Source of the DNA: Nanobdellota archaeon
GTDB taxonomy: Archaea > Nanobdellota > Nanobdellia > UBA10117
Direction: 5' to 3'
DNA: 32,123 nt
Assembly: GCA_038045805.1 (NCBI GenBank)
Contig: JBBSXK010000003.1
Location: 1 to 32,123 of the forward strand
Shown: piece after piece, positions 9,031 to 16,641 of the stretch
How the letters are laid out: every line of letters starts with the position of its first letter
How positions within the stretch are numbered: the first letter of the stretch is position 1
Made by a program: the position numbers and the translations under genes
The notes under the pieces: model-generated
Databases searched by the model: none
The model's input: only the letters and a program-made list of their open reading frames with translations
Told to the model about the DNA's origin: nothing

Positions 9031-9314
9031 TAGAAGAAAAGAAATACGAGCTTGTGATGGGACACTTAGTAGCCATTGTAATGATTGGTATGTTAGTGAC
9101 TCTTGGCGTCGGATTTTTTGTCGGCAATCACTTAGGTTTGACTACCGGACTTGGCACGTCTGTAATAGAAAAACCAGACTACTGCAACGTTGATAAGGTC
9201 GGGACAAAAATACATGTCAAGTGTAATGAACTAAGCGATGTCACATTGGAAAATCTATGCCAGTGGGCTAGTCCAGAACTCAAGAACAAAGTAAGATTAG
9301 TAGTAATTGCATAA
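9027..9314 (+). CDS. small membrane protein, hypothetical
   Basis: ATGA start/stop overlap with the preceding wHTH gene. One TM segment (LVAIVMIGMLVTLGVGFFVG). Confidence 0.5.
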   Translation: MIEEKKYELVMGHLVAIVMIGMLVTLGVGFFVGNHLGLTTGLGTSVIEKPDYCNVDKVGTKIHVKCNELSDVTLENLCQWASPELKNKVRLVVIA

Positions 9315-9323
9315 AGAGTATTA

Positions 9324-9358
9324 TTGTATAAAATACAAGATAGCTCTTTTAGAGCTAT
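9324..9358. terminator. two small hairpins between convergent genes
   Basis: TTGTAT-AAA-ATACAA (9324-9338) and ATAGCTCT-TTT-AGAGCTAT (9340-9358). The second overlaps the stop codon of the minus-strand gene. Confidence 0.4.
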
Positions 9359-9834
9359 TCAGAATTCTTCAGTTCTTTCTTTAGCTCTTTGATTTCCTCA
9401 TTTGCCGACAGAATTTTACTATCCAATCTTTTCACATCTCTCTGAAGCAAAATATTGGCAGATTTCAATTTCTTAATAAGAGCGTCATATTGATGCAATT
9501 TTGCACTCAGGTCATTCAAAAGATCTGAAAAATTCGCATTTGTATCGAGTAAATCCACTGGTTCAATTATTTCGACAGACGAGGGCATCCAATCAAAGAC
9601 CACACCTACTAGATCTGTCATTCTTTTGGCTGTAAATTCAAATTCTACAAAACCAGAATAAGCTCTATCTGAAATCTTTTTAGGTTCGCGGATGGTTGCT
9701 TTCTTGACAGCTATGCCAACATTTTCACCGCCGAACTTTTCTTTCACTAAATTAAGTGTACTAGTAATATGTTCTTCTGGCCAGCCCGCTACCTCTATAA
9801 TAATTCGCGCTTTGATAAGTGGTAGTTCTGCCAT
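9355..9834 (-). CDS. hypothetical protein, ~95-aa alpha/beta N-domain plus C-terminal coiled-coil
   Basis: Intact ORF. A TATA box (ATATAAAG, about 9856-9863) is centred about 25 nt upstream of the ATG, which is leaderless-type spacing. Heptad-like C-terminus LSAKLHQYDALIKKLKSANILLQRDVKRLDSKILSANEEIKELKKELK. Confidence 0.6.
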   Translation of the reverse strand: MAELPLIKARIIIEVAGWPEEHITSTLNLVKEKFGGENVGIAVKKATIREPKKISDRAYSGFVEFEFTAKRMTDLVGVVFDWMPSSVEIIEPVDLLDTNANFSDLLNDLSAKLHQYDALIKKLKSANILLQRDVKRLDSKILSANEEIKELKKELKNSE

Positions 9835-9910
9835 AAATTTGGCTGAATAGAGAGCTTTATATGTTTTATTAAAAATCTAAAGATTTCGAAACTGAGCTTT
9901 TCTTTATAGT

Positions 9911-9993
9911 GGAATAACGGCTTTGTAAAATAAGTATCTTTTGTAAAAAAAGTAACCTCCTTTAAGGACTTATTTTACAAAGCCTGGAATAAC
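9911..9993. repeat. non-coding hairpin element: 17-bp perfect inverted repeat flanked by an 8-bp direct repeat
   Basis: GGAATAAC (9911-9918) | GGCTTTGTAAAATAAGT (9919-9935) | 32-nt spacer | ACTTATTTTACAAAGCC (9968-9984) | T | GGAATAAC (9986-9993). No ORF on either strand. Confidence 0.7.
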
Positions 9994-10049
9994 ACAATCT
10001 TTATAAACTACTATACTATATAGTAAAGTAATAACAAGAAGACAGGTGC

Positions 10050-10424
10050 TTGAAGACAATCACAACTGACCATCACCGCTCCGAAATTCGGAGTTTACTG
10101 GAGAAACTAGCTCTAAAAGAGCGGTCAATCCTAATAGTAGAGGGAAAACGAGATAGTTTTACTTTAAAACGACTCCTTCCCGGTGCTGAAATCTTCTCGT
10201 TAGCAAATCAAAAAAGAAGCCTATACGAAAGTGCAGAACACATTGCTTCAAACTTTAACGAAGCGATATTAATGTTAGATGCGGATCAAAAAGGCAAGGA
10301 ACTATCAAAAAAAATAATAGCATACTTGCAAAGCCTCGGCGTAAAAGTCAATAAAGACGGCGAAAAGCTACTCAAATTGGCTAATAGACGCCACATCGAA
10401 GACTTACGTTCTGTAATAATATAG
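10050..10424 (+). CDS. small stand-alone Toprim-domain protein (RNase M5/small primase-like)
   Basis: Has the Toprim Glu (ILIVEGKRD) and DxD (LMLDADQKGKEL). The only in-frame start at the ORF head is TTG 10050, so the start is uncertain. Confidence 0.65.
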   Translation: MKTITTDHHRSEIRSLLEKLALKERSILIVEGKRDSFTLKRLLPGAEIFSLANQKRSLYESAEHIASNFNEAILMLDADQKGKELSKKIIAYLQSLGVKVNKDGEKLLKLANRRHIEDLRSVII

Positions 10425-10443
10425 GACTTCTAGGAGAAAATAA

Positions 10444-11718
10444 ATGGGAAAAATTAGTCCCGTATCAATAAAATACGTAATACATGCTAAGTTTGAACTT
10501 AGCGGAATTGCAGAAAAACCAGACATAATCGGAGCTATCTTCGGACAAACTGAAGGCTTACTTGGTTCAAATCTTGAATTAAGAGAGTTACAAAAATCCG
10601 GAAGAATTGGCAGAATAGATGTAAATACTGAAAATAAAGATGGAAAGACATTTGGCGAAATAATTTTGCCAAGTTCTATGGGTAAAACTGAAACTGCTAT
10701 AATTGGAGCTTCTCTCGAAACAATCGAAAGGGTTGGACCTTGCGAAGCGAAAATAAAAATAACAGGCATAGATGACGTTCGAGTTTCTAAGCGAGATTTC
10801 GTAAGAGATAGGGCGCAAGAGCTTTTGAAAACTCTTGTTGCAGATATGCCAGACTCGCAAGAATTTACAAATTTGCTGAATGAAAATTCCAGAACTTCTG
10901 AAATGATTGAAATTGGCAAAGATAAAATTGTTGCAGGTCCAGAAGTTGAAACTTCTGACGAAATAATTGTTGTTGAAGGAAGAGCGGATGTATTAAACTT
11001 ACTGCGCTATGGAATTAAGAACGCTATTGCATTACAAGGAACAAACATTCCGCAGACAGTAATTGATTTAGCAAAGAAAAAATCTGCGACTTTATTTGTA
11101 GATGGTGATAGAGGCGGAGAATTAATAATAAAAAAAGTTGCCGAACTCACCCAAATGAATTTTGTTGCGATTGCTCCAGACGGAAAAGAAGTTGAAGAGC
11201 TGACACAAAAAGAAATTTTGAAAGCTCTAAGAATGAGAATCCCATGGGCAGAAGCTAAAACTAAAAATACAAATGTTTCTACAGTCGTACGCGAAGTAAA
11301 ACCAATTGAAGTAGAAACTAGAAAACCTTCTTATTCGAGAGATGATAGAAGCAGAGATGAAAGACCAAGGCGATTTGAAAGGCACGACTCTCGAGGACCA
11401 CCTAGATATGATAGAAATGATTCGAGAACACAAAGTTATGAGAGACGTGAATATACAAATCCAGCAATTTCCGAAATTGCTAACAAACTTTCAGAAAATG
11501 AAGCTGTCATACTTGACAGAGGCTTAAATGTTCTTGGAAAAGTTCCAAAAGATGAGCTTGCAGATACACTCGAGAATATAGATGGCGTTTATGCAGTTGC
11601 ATTAGGCAGTGAATCTGATAACGAAATAAAGAAAATTACATATGAAAAGCGCATAAAAGTTATAGCTAAACATATTGTTTTGCCAAAAACAGAAAGTGCT
11701 GCAAAATCTAGAATTTAG
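10444..11718 (+). CDS. dnaG: archaeal DnaG-type primase / exosome-associated Toprim protein
   Basis: N-terminus KYVIHAKFELSGIAEKPDIIGAIFGQTEGLLG..LELRELQKSGRIGRI is the archaeal DnaG signature. Toprim motifs IIVVEGRADV and LFVDGDRGGE. AGGAG (10432-10436) lies 7 nt upstream of the ATG. Confidence 0.9.
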   Translation: MGKISPVSIKYVIHAKFELSGIAEKPDIIGAIFGQTEGLLGSNLELRELQKSGRIGRIDVNTENKDGKTFGEIILPSSMGKTETAIIGASLETIERVGPCEAKIKITGIDDVRVSKRDFVRDRAQELLKTLVADMPDSQEFTNLLNENSRTSEMIEIGKDKIVAGPEVETSDEIIVVEGRADVLNLLRYGIKNAIALQGTNIPQTVIDLAKKKSATLFVDGDRGGELIIKKVAELTQMNFVAIAPDGKEVEELTQKEILKALRMRIPWAEAKTKNTNVSTVVREVKPIEVETRKPSYSRDDRSRDERPRRFERHDSRGPPRYDRNDSRTQSYERREYTNPAISEIANKLSENEAVILDRGLNVLGKVPKDELADTLENIDGVYAVALGSESDNEIKKITYEKRIKVIAKHIVLPKTESAAKSRI

Positions 11719-11780
11719 AATTTTTTTCTGCAGCGCTTTTTTTGATTTATCATTTTGCGAACCGCCTATGAGCAAAGTGA

Positions 11781-12248
11781 TTAGCTAAATTCGCTTTTTC
11801 TTTTATTAAATTTAGATTTAACTAAGTATCCTGCTCCTAATCCTATTACTGCTCCGACTAAAACATCTGTAAACCAATGTTCTAGTAAAACCATTCTACT
11901 AAGACCTACTAGAATAGCCCAGCCATATAATGCAATTCGCTCTTCTTTTTTAGTTACGGGCAAAACCGAAGCAAGAAAAAATGCGAATGCTGTATGCTGC
12001 GATGGAAAAGATCTTACATCAAATCCATTTGGCCGCTCTCTGCTTACTATTATTTTTGTAATTTGGGCTGCTAAAAAAGCTATGGCTGCTCCACCAGCTA
12101 TTTGGAAAATTTTAGAGATGTTCTTTTTATAAATAAAAAAAGCGATTGCTCCAAACAATATAACATAAACGGAAAAACTAATTATATCATAACTAATATT
12201 TGCTTCCGGCATAAATGCAGTTATTTGCGAATCTATATTTAGCATCAT
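11781..12248 (-). CDS. PAP2-family membrane phosphatase
   Basis: ERPNG, SFPSQHT and SRMVLLEHWFTDVLVG correspond to the three PAP2 acid-phosphatase motifs KxxxxxxRP, PSGH (here PSQH) and SRxxxxxHxxxD. About 4 TM segments. ATGA overlap with cca. Confidence 0.75.
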   Translation of the reverse strand: MMLNIDSQITAFMPEANISYDIISFSVYVILFGAIAFFIYKKNISKIFQIAGGAAIAFLAAQITKIIVSRERPNGFDVRSFPSQHTAFAFFLASVLPVTKKEERIALYGWAILVGLSRMVLLEHWFTDVLVGAVIGLGAGYLVKSKFNKRKSEFS

Positions 12249-13480
12249 ACTTTCCTTATAGTTTTATCTTTTAATATTACTTTTAAAAATTTATTTACAT
12301 TTGTATACTTTCTTTTTGTTTCTGCAAAATATCTGTCATTAATTAACTTCGCTCCGCGCCATTTACGTGTAAATGCAGCGATATATTTTTTATGCACACG
12401 TTTCGGCGGACCTACAATCCTTCTTTTCTTTGGCAAGTTAATTTCTGAAAATCTAAAAACGTAATATGCATTTTCATTTACGTTACCGTTCCAATACCAG
12501 TCGGCGCTGTTTAAATCAAAATCGTGTTCCAAAAAAGCTCTTCTTATTTTATTAAATTTGCTTACAATTACATCGCCAGCGACTGCCCGAGTTTTTTTAA
12601 TAGGTTTAGTACTTAATATAATTGTATTTTCTCTCTTTAGTTTAGACGGCGAGAAATGTTTTACTTCAAAAAACCTAAGACTGGGTTTCTTTAAATATGA
12701 CTTACTATGGGTTATTATATTTGCGAATCTTCTATTCCTTAATGCTGCTGCAGCATTTCTATAATAATCTATTGGATCAACAACAATTAAAGGACTATCA
12801 AGTTTAGCGGTATTCAAACTTTTGACTGCATTTTTGTGATGTTTTTCTATATCTATAATTCCGCGGTGCTTCCATTTACTTGCGGCCTTGATTAATTTAT
12901 CAAAACTTTTGTAATGTAGAATTAAAATCTCTATTACATATCCGGAAAATCCTGAAATATAAGACTCTGCGCCATATGCATCTGCACTTTTGAAAAATTG
13001 TTTTGCTAATCTTATTTCTGCTGCTAAATTTTTATTCTCTGCAATTTTATCAGCAACATAATAAACATGCAATGGGCTTGCATCAGTAATATTCAACGCT
13101 TTGCCAATATCATTAATTTCTAAAACCGGAACAAATTCCAAATCAAAACCCTTGTATTTAGCAGAAAAATAATCTCTACTGCCTTTCAATCTCGTTGGTT
13201 TATATTTAAGTAAAACCTTCTCAGCGTAATCCGCTAGTTCAGCAGATTTATCTTTATATGATATATAATTAAACGCTATAAAAAAATCGATATCGCTTGT
13301 GCCAGAAAGCCAAGTATGTTTTCCAACTGAACCTCCAATTAATATTTTAGCTCGGATATTATGTTTTTTCAAACTCTTTGAAACATCTTGCAAAACCTCT
13401 GAAACTATATTATATATTTTCTTTTCCTCTTCTTTCGATGGCGATATAAATTCCTTTGCTTTCGCTGTCGTCAAAGCCAT
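12245..13480 (-). CDS. cca: CCA-adding tRNA nucleotidyltransferase, archaeal class I
   Basis: LIGGSVGKHTWLSGTSDIDFFI matches the class I nucleotidyltransferase G[SG]..(K/R).T.L....D(I/V)D motif. Size and overall layout fit the archaeal CCA enzyme. None of the 3 tRNA genes in the window encodes CCA. Confidence 0.8.
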   Translation of the reverse strand: MALTTAKAKEFISPSKEEEKKIYNIVSEVLQDVSKSLKKHNIRAKILIGGSVGKHTWLSGTSDIDFFIAFNYISYKDKSAELADYAEKVLLKYKPTRLKGSRDYFSAKYKGFDLEFVPVLEINDIGKALNITDASPLHVYYVADKIAENKNLAAEIRLAKQFFKSADAYGAESYISGFSGYVIEILILHYKSFDKLIKAASKWKHRGIIDIEKHHKNAVKSLNTAKLDSPLIVVDPIDYYRNAAAALRNRRFANIITHSKSYLKKPSLRFFEVKHFSPSKLKRENTIILSTKPIKKTRAVAGDVIVSKFNKIRRAFLEHDFDLNSADWYWNGNVNENAYYVFRFSEINLPKKRRIVGPPKRVHKKYIAAFTRKWRGAKLINDRYFAETKRKYTNVNKFLKVILKDKTIRKV

Positions 13481-13540
13481 AAAATTTATACGGCAAATTA
13501 CTATAAAAGCCTTTAAAATCCGAAGAAGTTATAATAAAAT

Positions 13541-14557
13541 ATGTGGCCACTAAAGTTCATAATCATACTAATAGCGATTGCTCTTATCGTAATTCCCATT
13601 TCTGCTAATACAGTAGACCCTAGTGCGGTCTGCGGAAATAATGAAAAAGAATTAGGAGAGCAATGTGATGGTTTAGATTCAGAGCTATGTGTAGATAGAT
13701 GTAAATCTACATGTGAATGTCCTGAAAATACAAGAGATAGAACAGACGTTCCAAATTATAGAGAAACTATATTTCTTGATAAATTAAATGTGAATAAAGT
13801 ATACTTCATAAATAGTTCTCAAACGCAATTTCCATTAATTTCCCTTTCATTCAAAATGCTAAAAGATACAAAAAATGTTACAATACATTTTGATCCGAAT
13901 TTAACTGCAATTGATAAAGTGAAAAAACCGAAGGGCGTAATTTATGAATATTTCAATACATCAACTTTCGCGCCAAGTTTAAATAGCACACATATTGCGC
14001 GTTACACTATAGCATATAAGATAGATAAAAACTGGATAGCAAATAAACAAATAAAACAAGAAACTATTGATTTAGTTTATCTGAAATCAGCAGAAGAATG
14101 GGAATCTATTTCAGCTGTCAAAACTTACGAAGATAGCAAATATAATTATTACCAAAGTGTATTCCAATCCGGCGATTTTCACACGTTTGCAATAGTTGGC
14201 GATAATAAAACTGAAACAATAAGTATTCAAAATCCAATATGTGGTGACGGTGAACAGCAAGATGGAGAGACGTCAGCAAACTGCTGTATCGATGCCGGCT
14301 GTCCAGTAAATCAATATTGTATCGGAACTGTTTGCAGAGAAACAAATTTATGCGGAAACAACATTTGTGAAAAAACTGAAACTCTATTCAACTGTCCTGC
14401 AGATTGCTCGCGCGATATATTATTATCACCGGGATATTTCTTCTTAGTTTCTATTATAATACTAACTGGAATTTTAGCTTTGAAGTGGTTTATATCGCGC
14501 AGAGAACATCAAAAATCTGTAACTAAATATACAAAATGGAGAAAATCTAATCAATAA
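13541..14557 (+). CDS. Cys-rich surface protein with a PGF-pre-PGF-like domain and a C-terminal PGY-TM-RR anchor
   Basis: Signal peptide. CGNNEKELGEQCDG and CGDGEQQDGETSANCC...CGNNICEKTETLFNCPADC Cys-rich repeats. The central block (VYFIN..ISLSFKM..NVTIHF....PKGVIYEYFN......YTIAYKIDKNW....ETIDLVYL..EEWESI......YNYYQS....FHTFAIVGD) resembles the PGF-pre-PGF domain. C-terminus is SPGYFFLVSIIILTGILALKWFISRR. Confidence 0.65.
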   Translation: MWPLKFIIILIAIALIVIPISANTVDPSAVCGNNEKELGEQCDGLDSELCVDRCKSTCECPENTRDRTDVPNYRETIFLDKLNVNKVYFINSSQTQFPLISLSFKMLKDTKNVTIHFDPNLTAIDKVKKPKGVIYEYFNTSTFAPSLNSTHIARYTIAYKIDKNWIANKQIKQETIDLVYLKSAEEWESISAVKTYEDSKYNYYQSVFQSGDFHTFAIVGDNKTETISIQNPICGDGEQQDGETSANCCIDAGCPVNQYCIGTVCRETNLCGNNICEKTETLFNCPADCSRDILLSPGYFFLVSIIILTGILALKWFISRREHQKSVTKYTKWRKSNQ

Positions 14558-15098
14558 TTATAGTCCTACCGTGCTTATTTTTAAACTGCTGAATTGAATC
14601 TAGAGCTTCCTTAACTTCCTGCAAATGTTCCTCGTGCTTACTAACTTGCGAATGTATTTCGTTAAGTTTAGTTGGCGCATCGCTTAGCTGCGACATTTTT
14701 GATTCGAGCGCTTCGACTTGATTCATTACATCAACTAGCTTACTAATATATGCGTTAGTCTTATCATTAATTTCATCAAACCTTTTTACAAAAATCTTTG
14801 CTGTATCTTCTACTTCCGCTGTAGATTGCTTAACTTCTCTTTGTGTTTCTTCGATATCTACTGCTTTAGTACTCAAATTTTGCATAAATTTATTTGCTTT
14901 CAAAATTTCTTTTGAAGACTTCTTAGCATGTTCGTGCGACTCATCTATCTTAATAGCAAGTTCCTGTAAAAACTTCTTATGAAGATTCTCTTGCTTAACT
15001 GTCTGTTCGCTTAAAATCTTTATTTCATTCCATATATTTGCTACATCAGATTCAAGCTTACTTAGTTTGGTTTTCCTAAGCGAAACTTTTCTAACCAT
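14547..15098 (-). CDS. hypothetical all-coiled-coil protein
   Basis: 183-aa ORF rich in K/E/Q with heptad character throughout. Lies 41 nt downstream of scpB on the same strand, with its own TATA-like TTTTAATA about 26 nt upstream of the ATG. Confidence 0.55.
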   Translation of the reverse strand: MVRKVSLRKTKLSKLESDVANIWNEIKILSEQTVKQENLHKKFLQELAIKIDESHEHAKKSSKEILKANKFMQNLSTKAVDIEETQREVKQSTAEVEDTAKIFVKRFDEINDKTNAYISKLVDVMNQVEALESKMSQLSDAPTKLNEIHSQVSKHEEHLQEVKEALDSIQQFKNKHGRTIIID

Positions 15099-15139
15099 GG
15101 TGTAAATAAGCTATAATTAGGTATTAAAATGTTATTCCG

Positions 15140-15739
15140 TTACTCTGAGTAGTTAATATCTATTACTCCAGGCAAGTCTGCAGCGGCTTCTACAAACGCC
15201 TGCGGAGTTTTAAGCTTCTCGCCCTGTTTCATATCAAAATATTCATAGAATTTCTTAGTTGGCTTAAGCCATTTACTTAAACCAGATTTGCTTGATTCTA
15301 TGTATCCTTTTTCCATTAGAGATTTAATATGCACATAGGCTTTGTTTGAGCGCACTCTTACAACATCGCATTGTCTTGAACCGCCTCTCCACGCAATATA
15401 AGCTAAAGTTTCTAAAACCGCTCTATCGAATTCTGGTTCTGCTGCTTCTTTTACAATTATTGTGTGCTCATCTTTAATTCTGAGTTTCCAGATATCGCCA
15501 GTATCTAATAATTGTAAGCCTGCACCGCGCTTTGAATAATCTGATTGCAGCTCCTGAAGTGCGTTCTTAACAGTTGATGTAAAGCCTAGATTTACTTTAT
15601 GAGCTAAAACTTGTATGCTTACTCCTTCCGGCATACAAAATAATATTGCCTCTAGCTTAGCTTTCAAATCACTAGTATTTTGGATTTTACTTGCGTTTTT
15701 TTCTGGTTGTTTTGGCTGACTTTCTGATGTTTTTATCAT
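15140..15739 (-). CDS. scpB: segregation and condensation protein B
   Basis: KLEAILFCMPEGVSIQVLA... and ..VLETLAYIAWRGGSRQCDVVRVR fit the tandem winged-helix ScpB pattern. Follows scpA. Confidence 0.8.
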   Translation of the reverse strand: MIKTSESQPKQPEKNASKIQNTSDLKAKLEAILFCMPEGVSIQVLAHKVNLGFTSTVKNALQELQSDYSKRGAGLQLLDTGDIWKLRIKDEHTIIVKEAAEPEFDRAVLETLAYIAWRGGSRQCDVVRVRSNKAYVHIKSLMEKGYIESSKSGLSKWLKPTKKFYEYFDMKQGEKLKTPQAFVEAAADLPGVIDINYSE

Positions 15740-16640
15740 TTTTACTCCTTATTTTCTGGGATTTAATTTTAATATCAGGAAGTTGTTCTTTAATAATTTC
15801 CTGAGGTTTAACTGCTTCTTCAATCTCTTCACGTTTTAATTTCTTGCTTAATTCCTCTTCATTTATATCTACATAAATTTTTCCGAATGGCTCTTCTTGG
15901 CGTAATCCTACTTTACCTTCGTTTGCCAAATGCAAAAGTGAAAGAAACGTCCAAATTTTATCTTCTTTACTTCCTGATGGTATTATATCTGTAAATTCTG
16001 CTGTTGTTCGCTTAAACTTAGTAACATAATTGCGAAGAGTATCAAATACAGCTTGTATTTTTTCAACCCAATCCGTTCGTTTAATTTCCTGTACTGGTCT
16101 TATAACATCGCGTCCGTAGTCTCTTAATCTAATTTCTCTTCTCTGATCGACTTCGAGAGCTTGCTTTAAAGCGTCTATCAATTCAAATACAGTAACTTTT
16201 CTTTTTCTTATGCCAGGAATTCTTGGCTGCAATCCTGCTTTGGAAAAGCGCTTTTCTCCTTCCAAATCAAAACCATCTTCATCAAATTGCTCTTCAGATT
16301 CATCTGGATTTGTAAGCTGCAAAAATTCTTTCATTCCCATTCTGTCTGCTTTCAACCTCAATAGCAAAGCCGCGGCCGAGATTACTTTACCAGATAATCT
16401 AAAATTCGTTTCTTTTAATTTGCTTACAATCTTCAAATATTCCTGTGCTAATGTAGAAATTTCAACATCCCATGGATCTATTTTACCGCTTTTAGCCAAA
16501 TCTATAATTATAGTTCGCCACGTAACATCGTCTTCTTTGAAAATTAAATCGTATACTTGATCGGTACTATCTATTTTTGGAGTTTCTACTTCAATATCAT
16601 TTATATTTTGAATATGTGTTTTTGCTTTTATTTTTACCAT
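15687..16640 (-). CDS. scpA: segregation and condensation protein A (kleisin)
   Basis: LIFKEDDVTWRTIIIDLAKSGKIDPWDVEISTLAQEYLKIV is the ScpA N-terminal motif. C-terminal WHD is WTFLSLLHLANEGKVGLRQEEPFGKIYV, followed by a ~65-aa K/E-rich tail that overlaps scpB by 53 nt. Confidence 0.85.
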   Translation of the reverse strand: MVKIKAKTHIQNINDIEVETPKIDSTDQVYDLIFKEDDVTWRTIIIDLAKSGKIDPWDVEISTLAQEYLKIVSKLKETNFRLSGKVISAAALLLRLKADRMGMKEFLQLTNPDESEEQFDEDGFDLEGEKRFSKAGLQPRIPGIRKRKVTVFELIDALKQALEVDQRREIRLRDYGRDVIRPVQEIKRTDWVEKIQAVFDTLRNYVTKFKRTTAEFTDIIPSGSKEDKIWTFLSLLHLANEGKVGLRQEEPFGKIYVDINEEELSKKLKREEIEEAVKPQEIIKEQLPDIKIKSQKIRSKNDKNIRKSAKTTRKKRK

Positions 16641-16641
16641 A

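Noticed and set aside
9901-10005. Replication-origin (ORB-like) reading of the GGAATAAC repeats: TAGTGGAATAAC and CCTGGAATAAC loosely resemble the archaeal ORB core CCAGTGGAAAC, and the primase gene is adjacent
   Set aside because: The match is only partial. The two copies are direct rather than inverted around an unwinding element. No orc1/cdc6 gene is in the window, and there is no extended AT-rich DUE beyond background. It is kept only as a remote alternative to the hairpin-element finding.
10404-10919. 171-aa minus-strand ORF overlapping the Toprim/dnaG junction and the dnaG 5' region
   Set aside because: It overlaps the strongly conserved N-terminal DnaG signature on the opposite strand. 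Its product is S/I/F-rich with no recognisable features.
15131-15138. A third copy of GGAATAAC (reverse strand) just downstream of scpB
   Set aside because: One extra occurrence of an 8-mer in about 64 kb of two-strand AT-rich sequence is expected by chance. No adjacent inverted repeat accompanies it.
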